DNA of 64,000 bases from Candidatus Nomurabacteria bacterium RIFCSPLOWO2_01_FULL_39_18 (GTDB taxonomy: Bacteria > Patescibacteriota > Minisyncoccia > Phycocordibacterales > UBA9973): NCBI GenBank assembly GCA_001787005.1, contig MFUV01000004.1, positions 105,770-169,769 of the forward strand, written 5' to 3'. The notes below the pieces were generated by a model. The model saw nothing but the letters and a program-made list of their open reading frames with translations. It had not been told where the DNA came from and did no database searches. The translations under genes and the position numbers were made by a program. Below are positions 38,227 through 47,615 of this stretch, piece after piece. Position 1 is the stretch's first letter. The number at the start of each line of letters is the position of its first letter.

Positions 38227-38286
38227 CTAATAACAGCCTCTTCGCCCTTCGCGGCGCCTTCGGCGCCGCCCCAGGCGGAACCTCAT
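38227..38286 (-). CDS. Arg-rich micro-peptide, cassette B (MRFRLGRRRRRREGRRGCY)
   Basis: ATG 9 nt after GAAAGGAGG; TGgTATCAT -10. Confidence 0.4.
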   Translation of the reverse strand: MRFRLGRRRRRREGRRGCY

Positions 38287-38421
38287 CTGGGTACACCTCC
38301 TTTCATTTTTAATGATACCATAGTTGCGCAACTACGCAACTATGGTGTGGAAAAGTCAGTATAATATGAAATAAAAATAGTGATGGGGGCTTGGTCTGTG
38401 TTAGACCTCACCCCCGTAATC

Positions 38422-38589
38422 TCACCGTTTGTGGTTTTGCTCCTTGACGCCCTTTCGGGCGTCCCCCTTAAAGAGGCGACGAATCCACCGTTGCCGGCGG
38501 TCCACCACCCCTTTGTCTCTCGTGGTTTCCTCGTCGTCCCGTACCACGACGGGGCGATGCAACTTTATTCTTGTTGCCAAAACTCTCAT
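38422..38589 (-). CDS. Small basic protein, cassette A (55 aa, MRVLATRIKL..NHKR)
   Basis: ATG 6 nt after GAAAGGAGG; TTGCTT-17-TAAGCT promoter; hairpin + ATCACTATTTTT downstream. Confidence 0.5.
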   Translation of the reverse strand: MRVLATRIKLHRPVVVRDDEETTRDKGVVDRRQRWIRRLFKGDARKGVKEQNHKR

Positions 38590-38662
38590 GCGAAACCTCC
38601 TTTCACTTAGGAGCTTAAAAGAAATATATATATAAAGCAAGTTCTGGGTGTGGAGAAATACA

Positions 38663-38730
38663 ACCCCTCCAAACCTCCCCTTATCAGGGGAGGTACAAAA
38701 AATCCCCCTGACAAGGGGGACTTAGGGGGT
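38663..38730. repeat. GC-rich double-hairpin REP-like element
   Basis: ACCTCCCCTTATCAGGGGAGGT..TCCCCCTGACAAGGGGGA. Confidence 0.75.
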
Positions 38731-38739
38731 TATTTTTTT

Positions 38740-39579
38740 TTATTTATTCTTTCCAGTTTTCCTGCGAGAGATGATAAATATATTCGAGTATTTTTTGGGT
38801 CCGCGGGTTTTGCGTCCGCCAGTAACTTTGCCCCACATCGTCTTTGGTCTCTTGGTTCCTCTGCCCTGTCTGCCTTCCCCGCCTCCGTATGGATGGTCTA
38901 CTGGGTTCATGGCAGTGCCTCGCACTGTTGGTCGAATTCCTTTCCAGCGGCTCTTGCCGGCCTTGCCGTAATTTTCCAAATGATGCTCTTCGTTTGAGAC
39001 TGTGCCGACAGATGCCCAGCAGTTTTCATTTATTTTTCTTATTTCTGTCGAAGGCATTCTAAGGTTCGAATATCCATCAGCATTGGCAACCACTTGGGCG
39101 AAGATTCCGGCCGAACGCCCGATCTTGGCCCCGCCATTTGGTTTGATTTCGATATTGTAGACGAAAGTTCCAAGTGGAATATTCCGTAATGGCAATCTAT
39201 TACCTGGCGAAAGCGGCGCCTTAGCAGATACGATGAAAGAGTCGCCGGGCTTAATGGATTTTGGCAACACTACATATCTTTTTTCCCCATCTTTATAGAC
39301 AGAGAGCCCGATAAAAGCTGAACGGTTCGGATCATATTCTACTGATTTTATTTTTGCGGGGATTTCTTTCTTGTCATATAGAAAGTCTACGTCTCGGAAA
39401 AGGCGCTTGTGCCCACCGCCTTTGTGCCTCATGGTGATGCGCCCTGCGCTATTGCGCCCCACAGAACGCCTGAAGCCATAAGTCAGAGACTTAGTCGGTC
39501 GAGACTTCGTCAAAACATGACTATAATTTACGTTAGTCATCTGCCTTCTTGATTTGCTTGTGGGTTTGTATGTCTTCAT
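38740..39579 (-). CDS. rplB: 50S ribosomal protein uL2
   Basis: GRNSAG, EYDPNRSA, MNPVDHPYGGG. Confidence 0.97.
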   Translation of the reverse strand: MKTYKPTSKSRRQMTNVNYSHVLTKSRPTKSLTYGFRRSVGRNSAGRITMRHKGGGHKRLFRDVDFLYDKKEIPAKIKSVEYDPNRSAFIGLSVYKDGEKRYVVLPKSIKPGDSFIVSAKAPLSPGNRLPLRNIPLGTFVYNIEIKPNGGAKIGRSAGIFAQVVANADGYSNLRMPSTEIRKINENCWASVGTVSNEEHHLENYGKAGKSRWKGIRPTVRGTAMNPVDHPYGGGEGRQGRGTKRPKTMWGKVTGGRKTRGPKKYSNIFIISRRKTGKNK

Positions 39580-39589
39580 TGTCTCGTGA

Positions 39590-39859
39590 TTAAACAAACT
39601 CTATTTTATCGCCCTTCTTTAAATAAACTAGGGCTTTCTTGCCCCCTCCTCTCTTGCCGGGCTTGCCTCTCGAAATAATATGCTTTACCGGAACTTTTAA
39701 AACATTTATCTTAATCGGGTGTACTTTGTAAAGGGCAAAAATAGCTTTATCTATTTCTTTTTTGTTGGCAGAAGAAGCTACATCGAAAGTGTAGACATTC
39801 TGCTCCTGCATAAAGGAAGCTTTCTCGGTAACTCTTGGATTTTTGATAATGGTTGTCAT
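39590..39859 (-). CDS. rplW: 50S ribosomal protein uL23
   Basis: PRVTEKA, KKALVYL. Confidence 0.94.
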   Translation of the reverse strand: MTTIIKNPRVTEKASFMQEQNVYTFDVASSANKKEIDKAIFALYKVHPIKINVLKVPVKHIISRGKPGKRGGGKKALVYLKKGDKIEFV

Positions 39860-39868
39860 GTTGTTTTT

Positions 39869-39918
39869 TACCCCCTCCTTTCTCCTCCCCCTATATAGGG
39901 GGAGGCTGGGTAGGGGTA
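39869..39918. repeat. GC-rich palindromic element (recG-insertion family)
   Basis: CCTCCCCCTATATAGGGGGAGG core, TA-flanked. Confidence 0.85.
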
Positions 39919-40575
39919 TTACCCTCTCGATTCTAAGAATTTTGCACTTTCTGTGGAGTTTTCTATTATGAGATATTTGTAATTTAAAACGTCTAATGGA
40001 TTTATGTTTTTAATAAATATTATATCTAGGATCGGGATATTTCTAAAGCTCTTTTCTGTGTTTTTATTTCGTTCATACAAAGCCAATAAAATTTTTGGTT
40101 TTCTCGTTTCTAGATTTTTCAAGTTCCCCGCCCTTGCCAGATTTTTCATCACTTCTACCGCAAACTTTGTATTTATTCTTGACATTTCAAGTGAATCAAT
40201 AAAAAGTATTTCGTTGTCTTTCAGCTTACGAGATAGGACTGAGAAGAGCGCCTGCGCGCGCATTTTCTTGGAGATTTTTCTTTTATAATTCTTCTCGGCA
40301 AGCGGACCATGAGTTACGCCTCCGCCAACCCAGATGGGGCTCCTCGAAGAGCCGTGTCGCGCTCGTCCTGTGCCCTTTTGCTTCCAGGGCTTTCTGCCTC
40401 CGCCTCGGACTTCCCCACGGCCTTTCGTGTCAGCAGTGCCTGCGCGCTTGTTACTGCGCATTCCTTCTACCACCTGGTGCACTAAGTCACTGCGCCATTT
40501 AGCACCAAAAACTTTCGGGGACAGTGTGATTGTTCCTGATTCTTTTCCTTTTTGATTATGTATTTTTGCTTCCAT
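39919..40575 (-). CDS. rplD: 50S ribosomal protein uL4
   Basis: KPWKQKGTGRARHGS. Confidence 0.96.
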   Translation of the reverse strand: MEAKIHNQKGKESGTITLSPKVFGAKWRSDLVHQVVEGMRSNKRAGTADTKGRGEVRGGGRKPWKQKGTGRARHGSSRSPIWVGGGVTHGPLAEKNYKRKISKKMRAQALFSVLSRKLKDNEILFIDSLEMSRINTKFAVEVMKNLARAGNLKNLETRKPKILLALYERNKNTEKSFRNIPILDIIFIKNINPLDVLNYKYLIIENSTESAKFLESRG

Positions 40576-40692
40576 CCCGTTAGAAGTAGATCGCGATCAA
40601 CTCGCTTTCCTTATATTTAATGTTCTTAATTTTACTAATGGTTAATTTCATACTTTTTTTATTTTTAAATTGCGATCGCGACTTCTAGCGGG
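40576..40692. mobile_element. MITE-like element inserted at rplD start codon
   Basis: CCCGTTAGAAGT..ACTTCTAGCGGG flanked by TCCAT. Confidence 0.8.
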
Positions 40693-40699
40693 ATCCATT

Positions 40700-41323
40700 T
40701 TATCTACTTATTATTTCAACCAAACTTCCACGCTTACCTGCAATTGCTCCCTTTATAAGCATAATGTTGCTTTCCAAGTCAACTAAAACGACTTTCAAAT
40801 TCTTCTGGGTGATGCGGTCTCCGCCCATTCTGCCTGCCATTCGCATGCCCTTCGGAACATGGGTTCGCAGTCCTCCGCCGATGCTTCCTGGCTCTCTTTC
40901 CGAATGCTTCTGACCATGAGTGCGGGGACCGCCATGGAATCCGTGCCGCTTCACAACACCCTGGAAACCCTTACCCTTGGAGACGCTCGTGACCTGCAAA
41001 TTATCTCCTGGGGCAAAAGCTGAAACATTAATTTCATCACCAACTTTCACGTCGCTAGTGTCGGCAGGTTTCAACCTAAATTCCTTGAGAGTCTTAAAAA
41101 GTTTATCGGAAACTAGAGCCATTGTTCCTATCTGGGCTTTATTGATCCTCTGTTTCTTACCTCTCCCGAAACCCAACTGAATTGCATTGTAGCCATCTTT
41201 TGATTTCTCGAAGATTCTCGTCACTGTCACAGGCGGAGTAAAAACTGCGGTTACTGGAACAACCTTGCCGTCTTCGGAAAAATATTCCGTCATATTCTCT
41301 TTTGTTCCTAAGATGAACTTCAT
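40700..41323 (-). CDS. rplC: 50S ribosomal protein uL3
   Basis: KGKGFQGVVKRH, MAGRMG. Confidence 0.96.
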   Translation of the reverse strand: MKFILGTKENMTEYFSEDGKVVPVTAVFTPPVTVTRIFEKSKDGYNAIQLGFGRGKKQRINKAQIGTMALVSDKLFKTLKEFRLKPADTSDVKVGDEINVSAFAPGDNLQVTSVSKGKGFQGVVKRHGFHGGPRTHGQKHSEREPGSIGGGLRTHVPKGMRMAGRMGGDRITQKNLKVVLVDLESNIMLIKGAIAGKRGSLVEIISR

Positions 41324-41338
41324 AAAATCCCTTTATTC

Positions 41339-41767
41339 CTACAACATCTTCACGTCAATATCCACTCCAGAAGGAAGCGACAAATTAGTAAGAGCCTCTA
41401 TTGTCTTAGTATTTGGATTTATAATATCAATCAATCTCTTGTGTACTCGGATCTCGAACTGTTCCCTCGTGTTTTTATAAATAAAGGGAGAACGATTGAC
41501 TGTATATTTTTTTATTTCGGTTGGTAGTGGCACAGGTCCAACAACACTCGCATCATGACGCGCCGCAGTATCCATAATTTGTTTGACAGAGCTATCAAGA
41601 ATCTTGCTCTCATACGCTCGTACACGTATGCGAAGCACTACCTTGCCATCCCCTCCTTCCTTGTTAGATTTCTCTTTTTTCACGGAAATCTTTGGCGGTT
41701 TGGGAGTTTTCGCCACTGTCGCCTTTACTGCTTTGGGCTTTTTCACTTTTATATCTCTTGTTGTCAT
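41339..41767 (-). CDS. rpsJ: 30S ribosomal protein uS10 with Lys-rich N-terminal extension
   Basis: GPVPLPT, REQFEIRVHKR. Confidence 0.95.
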   Translation of the reverse strand: MTTRDIKVKKPKAVKATVAKTPKPPKISVKKEKSNKEGGDGKVVLRIRVRAYESKILDSSVKQIMDTAARHDASVVGPVPLPTEIKKYTVNRSPFIYKNTREQFEIRVHKRLIDIINPNTKTIEALTNLSLPSGVDIDVKML

Positions 41768-41793
41768 GGATTTATTTAAAAGGACAATTTGGA

Positions 41794-41855
41794 TTTTTCT
41801 CCCCAAGGTCTTGCCTTAAGGAACCCAAAGGCAAGACCTTTTCCCGAAAAATTTA
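41794..41855. repeat. REP-like hairpin repeat copy 2
   Basis: Matches 32574-32633 including flanks. Confidence 0.9.
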
Positions 41856-43046
41856 ACCTAAGATCTTCGTAACCACTCCAGCCCCAACCGTCTTGCCTCC
41901 TTCACGGATAGCGAATCGTTGAGATTCCTCGAGCGCGACAGGAGTAACTAATTTAACTGTAATCTTCACTGTATCTCCAGGCATCACCATCTCTGTTCCA
42001 TCAGCTAGAGTAACGTCACCTGTCACATCTGTCGTTCGAACATAAAACTGCGGCTTATAACCCTTGAAGAAAGGAGTGTGTCGTCCGCCTTCTTCTTTTT
42101 TCAGAACATAAATTTCGCAAGTGAAATTGTCATGCGGAGTTACGGTTCCGGGCTTTGCGAGAACTTGCCCTCGAGTAATATCTTCTTTCTTAAGACCTCG
42201 GAGAAGTATGCCAGCGTTGTCTCCAGCCATTCCTTCTTGCAGATTTTTATTAAACATTTCAATCCCGGTGACTGTGGTCTTTTGAGTTGCCTTAATTCCG
42301 ACAATTTCCACATCTTCGCCGACTTTCACTACGCCTCTTTCGATTTTCCCAGTGACAACAGTCCCGCGACCTTCAATAGAGAAGATATCTTCAACTGGCA
42401 TAAGAAAGGGCTTGGCAATATCGCGGACTGGAATGGGGATGTAAGTGTCGAGCGCATTTACGAGCTCAAGCACTTTCTTCGCCCATTCATCATCAACCGA
42501 CTTTGCTTCAAGGGCCTTTAATCCTGAACCCCTGATAACAGGAGCGCCAGCGCCATCAAAGCCTTGCTTAGTAAGGAGTTCACGTATTTCTTCTTCCACC
42601 AAGTCAATCATGTCTTTATCGTCAACCATGTCGCACTTATTGAGGAAAACGATTATTTTCGGCACGCCAACTTGCTTCGCAAGCAAAACATGTTCACGAG
42701 TTTGAGGCATCGCGCCGTCAGTCGCCGCAACCACAAGAATAGCTCCATCCATTTGAGCCGCACCGGTGATCATGTTCTTGATGTAGTCAGCGTGTCCAGG
42801 AGCATCAATGTGCGCGTAGTGGCGAGCATCGGTCGAATACTCGTTGTGAGAAATATTAATAGTAATTCCGCGAGCCTTTTCTTCTGGAGCATTGTCAATC
42901 TGATCAACACCCCGAAGTCTAACTTGCTTTCCAGCCATGTTTAGCACATGGAGGATTGCCGCAGTTAATGTGGTCTTACCATGGTCAACGTGACCAATAG
43001 TGCCTACGTTAATATGCGGTCGATCTCTTTTAAATTCTTCTGCCAT
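41853..43046 (-). CDS. tuf: Elongation factor Tu
   Basis: [18 protein letters not shown]. Confidence 0.98.
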   Translation of the reverse strand: MAEEFKRDRPHINVGTIGHVDHGKTTLTAAILHVLNMAGKQVRLRGVDQIDNAPEEKARGITINISHNEYSTDARHYAHIDAPGHADYIKNMITGAAQMDGAILVVAATDGAMPQTREHVLLAKQVGVPKIIVFLNKCDMVDDKDMIDLVEEEIRELLTKQGFDGAGAPVIRGSGLKALEAKSVDDEWAKKVLELVNALDTYIPIPVRDIAKPFLMPVEDIFSIEGRGTVVTGKIERGVVKVGEDVEIVGIKATQKTTVTGIEMFNKNLQEGMAGDNAGILLRGLKKEDITRGQVLAKPGTVTPHDNFTCEIYVLKKEEGGRHTPFFKGYKPQFYVRTTDVTGDVTLADGTEMVMPGDTVKITVKLVTPVALEESQRFAIREGGKTVGAGVVTKILG

Positions 43047-43288
43047 AATCTTTTTAAGCCCTACCAGTGGCGGGCAAGCTAATAGTTAAGACTCAACGTA
43101 CGAGAACCAGTCGCTAAGGCTTAATTACTAACAATATATTAACTAATAATTGCTATTTGTTTTAAAAACCTCAACCTAAGGCTGATCCGCCTTTGGCGGA
43201 AATAGAAAAACTGCAAAAGTGCAGTTGTTTACATACTAACAAATTAAAAAGGATTGTCAATTAACCCCCATTGTAATAGACTTCAAGT

Positions 43289-43972
43289 ATGAGCATAGGA
43301 GCATTGGGAAGTTTCCCACACATAGAAAAACCTGCAAAAGGTTTAAGCAGGAGGGAAGTCGTGGAGCAAGTTTTTAATAGATACCATAAAAATCTTATTA
43401 ATTGGTGTATATATAAATTAAAAACAAAAAATTTAGGCTTTGACCACCAGAGTGATGCGGAGGAAATAGTCGCAGAAGTTTATGCGACATTGTTAGACGA
43501 GAAAAAAAGTCCTATTGATTTAAATAACCCAAACATTGAAGCATATCTGAACACTGCTTTACAACATGCAATTGGTCACTATATTAGAGAAAAAAATACA
43601 AAAAAGAGAAGACCGGAGGGATTGCTCTTGTCTTTAGAAGAAGTTGAGGATAGGAAAGATATTGCTCCTCAGTTGACACAATATTTTGCTGAACATACAT
43701 CTCAGCATACAAGTGATAAAGAAGAAATGTACGAAAAAATTGAGCAAGCATTAAAAAGATTGGGGAGTAGGAATCCAAAAATGGCTAAGATAATTAAAGA
43801 AAGATATGGATTGGGAAAAACCCAAGTACAGATAGCTGAATCTTATGGTGAAAAAAAACAAAACATACAGTATTTGGAAAAGCAGGCTTTGGGATTTTTG
43901 TATGGTATTATCACCGGCAGAATCATGAGCGATTTATCTATACCAAAAGGGAAAATCAAGAAACAGGGATAG
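43289..43972 (+). CDS. Sigma-70 family (ECF-like) sigma factor
   Basis: DAEEIVAEV region 2; T..QIA..IQYLEKQAL region 4 HTH. Confidence 0.75.
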   Translation: MSIGALGSFPHIEKPAKGLSRREVVEQVFNRYHKNLINWCIYKLKTKNLGFDHQSDAEEIVAEVYATLLDEKKSPIDLNNPNIEAYLNTALQHAIGHYIREKNTKKRRPEGLLLSLEEVEDRKDIAPQLTQYFAEHTSQHTSDKEEMYEKIEQALKRLGSRNPKMAKIIKERYGLGKTQVQIAESYGEKKQNIQYLEKQALGFLYGIITGRIMSDLSIPKGKIKKQG

Positions 43973-43974
43973 TT

Positions 43975-44799
43975 CTAGCTGGTGTATTTTCTTATCTCCT
44001 CACAAAGTTTTTTAGCCTCTGCCTTGGGATTATCGGAGAAAATCACTCCCCGAGAGGAGTTGATGATGAGTCCAAGACCTTCGCTATTCAACCCCGCCTT
44101 CATAACAGCTTTTAGGTCTCCACCTTGCGCCCCTATTCCTGGCACAAGGAAAGTCATGTCGCCTGTAATTTCTCGAATTTTTTTCATCTCTTTGGGATAA
44201 GTTGCGCCAACCACGAGCATGCAATTATTATTTTTATTCCAACTTTTTGAAACTTTTTCTGCCATCACCAGCCAAAGAGCCTTGCCGGCAAGAGCATTCA
44301 AGGGCCAGGAGCGTTGAATATATAAATCTTGAATTTCCTTTGCACCTGGATTGGAAGTACGGCAAAGAAGGATGCAACCTTTGTCTTTCCGATCTAAAAA
44401 GGGTTTCAGCGCTTCACTCCCCAAATATGGATGAAGCGTAATCGCGTCGAAGCCAAACCAATCAAAAAGCGAATCCACATAACCCTGGTTGGTGTTCCCG
44501 ATGTCCGCCCTCTTGCAATCACAAATGGTAAAAATATCTGGATATTTTTTTTGTAGATATTCCATAGTCATTTTTAATTCTTTTATTCCCTTATCCCCAT
44601 GCGCTTCATAAAAAGCAATATTGGGCTTGAACGCGGAGGCGTATTCGTGTGTCTCTTCTATAATCCATTTATTGAATTCAAATTGTGGGAATTCTAATTT
44701 AAAAAATCTTTCAGGAATTTTTGAAATATCCGCATCCAACCCCACGCAAAGAAGAGAATTTATTTTCTTAGCTCTTTTGTTGTATTTATTGATAATCAT
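43975..44799 (-). CDS. pyrF: Orotidine-5'-phosphate decarboxylase
   Basis: LCVGLD, FKPNIAFY, DCKRADIGNT, PGIGAQGG. Confidence 0.95.
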   Translation of the reverse strand: MIINKYNKRAKKINSLLCVGLDADISKIPERFFKLEFPQFEFNKWIIEETHEYASAFKPNIAFYEAHGDKGIKELKMTMEYLQKKYPDIFTICDCKRADIGNTNQGYVDSLFDWFGFDAITLHPYLGSEALKPFLDRKDKGCILLCRTSNPGAKEIQDLYIQRSWPLNALAGKALWLVMAEKVSKSWNKNNNCMLVVGATYPKEMKKIREITGDMTFLVPGIGAQGGDLKAVMKAGLNSEGLGLIINSSRGVIFSDNPKAEAKKLCEEIRKYTS

Positions 44800-45416
44800 T
44801 TGGTGTGCTCTTTAAACCAATTTTCGACTTTTTTTAGCTTATCGCCTCTTATCATTCCAAGCTTTTTGACTTCATCAAAAATAGTGGGAAAGGAGCTAAT
44901 GTGGTGTAATTTAACTTTTGCCTTACTAAAGGCATCCCTTGCCTCTGGAAAATCATAACTTACAATCACTAAACAATTTTTTACTTTCGCACCCTCTTTC
45001 CTCAAGTTCTCTACTGCGCGAAGACTACTATCCCCCGTTGTTACTAAGTCTTCAATTAGCAAAACATTTTTATTCAAAACGCTTCCTCCTTCTACCATTC
45101 GCTTTGTCCCATGATCCTTTGCCTTTTTGCGCACAAAAACAGAAGGTATTTTAAGTAGAAACCCTAAGGCTGCACTGTGAGGAATCCCCGCTGCTTCTAC
45201 CCCAGCTATCACATCTAGTTTTATTTTTTCTCTTTTAATAATCTCGGCAAAACTTTGAATGATAATTTGCCATTCATTCGGATGAAATGGTAATTTTCTA
45301 TTGTCTATATATATGGGGGAAACGATGCCAGACTTAAAAGTAATGGGGTTATCAGGCATAAATCCAACAGCTCCGATTTTAAGAAGCGCCTTCGCAACCT
45401 TTTGCTCGGTATTCAT
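44796..45416 (-). CDS. pyrE: Orotate phosphoribosyltransferase
   Basis: KSGIVSPIYID, RKKAKDHG, IEDLVTTG. Confidence 0.94.
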   Translation of the reverse strand: MNTEQKVAKALLKIGAVGFMPDNPITFKSGIVSPIYIDNRKLPFHPNEWQIIIQSFAEIIKREKIKLDVIAGVEAAGIPHSAALGFLLKIPSVFVRKKAKDHGTKRMVEGGSVLNKNVLLIEDLVTTGDSSLRAVENLRKEGAKVKNCLVIVSYDFPEARDAFSKAKVKLHHISSFPTIFDEVKKLGMIRGDKLKKVENWFKEHTK

Positions 45417-46495
45417 ACTTTTGATTTTAACCCCTCCTTTATCTCTTTCGCAAGATAGGGATTCCACATTGCTCCTGTTGCGGACATGACAATGTCCGCC
45501 CCGGCATCTCGGTATTCAAAAAAGTCATCGGCATTCATAACTCCTCCCACGCCGATAATGGTATATGAGAAGCTAAGCTCCTCACGAATTTTCTTCAATC
45601 GCCTTACCATTTCGAGCCCAGCCCATTTGATAGCATGCCCGCATACTCCACTCCGCAGTCTGCCCTTGCCGGGCAGGGCTTGATTGCCTTTTTCATCCAC
45701 AATCTCTGCAGAAATAGTATTGATGGCAGAGATGGCTTGTATAATATTTCCAATTTCTTTTACAAAATTTCGCAACATTTCGCCATCTTTAAAATAAGCG
45801 ATTTTTATAATAAGAGGAGTATTACCTACAACTTCCTTTATGGCTTTAGCAACCATCACGCTCCTTTGCGTATCATAACAAAGTAAATTATTCGTGCCTT
45901 CGTTGGGGCAACTTAAGTTGACTTCAACTATTTTAACCCCGGTATTTTTCAAAAACTCGGCAGTTTTTTTAAAATCGTCAATAAAATCATCTACGCTTTG
46001 CATTTCTTTCTTGGTATCTTGGAAGCTCCCAATAACTACCTGACCTTCGCGTGTATTTTTAACTACATTGCCTAAATCTTTTTGCCAGAATTCCGGCTCA
46101 AAAGATGGTACTCCGAATGAGTTTGTAATTGAAAGGGGTTTGTCGTATTCACGACTCGCGATTAGTTTATTGTTTGCTTTTTCCAGAGTTAAGTCACCTT
46201 CAACTTTAACCGATAAAACATTTGGCCACGGATGGCAGGGATACTTAAGACTGCGAACAGTTTTATAAGTAACGATATCAAAACCTTTATCTAGTGCTGC
46301 TTGCACAAAATTACCATTGAGTAATGGTCCCGCCGGAATTCCAAAAGGCGAATTTACTTTAAAACCCAGAAAATCATACCTCTTACCAAGGGGAACCCTT
46401 GGTATTTGTATTCCATCGGCAAAAGCACCAAAAGGACCTTGCTCGAAGTTCTCTTCATATGATTTCCCTGGATCGTAGAATGGGGTAAGAAGCAT
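45413..46495 (-). CDS. pyrD: Dihydroorotate dehydrogenase-like FMN oxidoreductase
   Basis: PFGIPAGP, YKT, EVNLSCPN, AINT, IIGVGG; operon with pyrE-pyrF. Confidence 0.8.
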   Translation of the reverse strand: MLLTPFYDPGKSYEENFEQGPFGAFADGIQIPRVPLGKRYDFLGFKVNSPFGIPAGPLLNGNFVQAALDKGFDIVTYKTVRSLKYPCHPWPNVLSVKVEGDLTLEKANNKLIASREYDKPLSITNSFGVPSFEPEFWQKDLGNVVKNTREGQVVIGSFQDTKKEMQSVDDFIDDFKKTAEFLKNTGVKIVEVNLSCPNEGTNNLLCYDTQRSVMVAKAIKEVVGNTPLIIKIAYFKDGEMLRNFVKEIGNIIQAISAINTISAEIVDEKGNQALPGKGRLRSGVCGHAIKWAGLEMVRRLKKIREELSFSYTIIGVGGVMNADDFFEYRDAGADIVMSATGAMWNPYLAKEIKEGLKSKV

Positions 46496-46537
46496 ATTTA
46501 GTATAGTAGCAATAAATCGCCAAAACAAAAACTGTCT

Positions 46538-47542
46538 TTATAGATTCGCTTTCTGCTCTTTTTGTAGAACGGGTAAATAATATTTTTTAGCCAAGCCAAT
46601 TATCCAATCATGCATTTCGGCAATCACATTCCTGTGGCTTGATCCAATTGAATAAATCGCAGGGCAACCAGTTCGGTCCCTTTCGTCTAAGACAAAAGGG
46701 GTTACGCTTGATAAAACTTCTGGTTTTATTTCGATAAGTAGTTCCCCACTGTCAGTCTCTCTGAAATAAAATTTATCTAATTTAAAATCGCTGGCTTCAT
46801 CAGAATCAAGCATGTTGAGATCACTATATTTACTTTCGATGTTTGCAAATAAATGTATGTGGGAGCTTGCTAGGGCATAAATTAAATGTAGAGAGCCATT
46901 GGCTAATTTTTCGAATTTATCAATTGGCATTTTCTCCCTAAACTGATTTTCATAAACCTTGGGCAAGATCTTGATGGTTCCCCATAAAGTATTGATGGCA
47001 GTTAAAATTCCTGAACGTATCTGTGCATGAGGGTCTTTAACCCCTCCAACCCCTCCCTCAAGCATTAGAAGCTTACTATACCTGTCATAGGCCATTGATT
47101 TTAGATCTTCACCCGAAAGATAATCGTATCTCTTTTTTCTCTTATCTTGCTGCCACTCTACTAGCACTCGTTTCATGAAAGTTTTATTGTTATTCATTAA
47201 AAAATTGGCAACGTCTTTGGAATTTTTCAAACTTGATAATAAGAACTTGATTACGGAGTCTGGTAAAAAAACATCCGGCATCGCCACTCTAACCAGACCT
47301 GGAGAATGAGCCTTGATACCCTCAAGTGTCTTTAGCCAAATTTCTTCAATAAATATAGCAAGTAGAGCATTAATTTCGGCTTTCACCCTATTTGGCTTTT
47401 CTAATGATCCAAGATGTTCAGCCGCTTCAAACTCACCCTTCTCAAAACCTTTTTTAATAGGACGAATACCAATTTTATCAACACCTGCTATTGTGTGTAG
47501 ATGATCAATGATTTCCTTGTTCGGTTTTGGCTCACCAGGCAT
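46538..47542 (-). CDS. Hypothetical protein
   Basis: ~334-aa ORF from MPGEPK, leaderless -10 upstream; C-terminal TGCPA motif. Confidence 0.7.
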   Translation of the reverse strand: MPGEPKPNKEIIDHLHTIAGVDKIGIRPIKKGFEKGEFEAAEHLGSLEKPNRVKAEINALLAIFIEEIWLKTLEGIKAHSPGLVRVAMPDVFLPDSVIKFLLSSLKNSKDVANFLMNNNKTFMKRVLVEWQQDKRKKRYDYLSGEDLKSMAYDRYSKLLMLEGGVGGVKDPHAQIRSGILTAINTLWGTIKILPKVYENQFREKMPIDKFEKLANGSLHLIYALASSHIHLFANIESKYSDLNMLDSDEASDFKLDKFYFRETDSGELLIEIKPEVLSSVTPFVLDERDRTGCPAIYSIGSSHRNVIAEMHDWIIGLAKKYYLPVLQKEQKANL

Positions 47543-47615
47543 TACCAATATAATAGCAGAAACCAAGGAAATCAAAAACTTGGTTTGAAATGATTTTTAT
47601 TACAAAGGTCAGATG

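Noticed and set aside
37784-38640. Track ORFs 37784-38041, 38042-38296 and 38422-38640 as the real genes
   Set aside because: Their starts overlap or precede the SD/promoter motifs and two run through hairpin-terminators; shorter SD-led ORFs fit better
45655-45682. GC hairpin in pyrD as another 18-bp insertion
   Set aside because: Poor match to the consensus and reads as plausible native coding sequence (LPGKGR)
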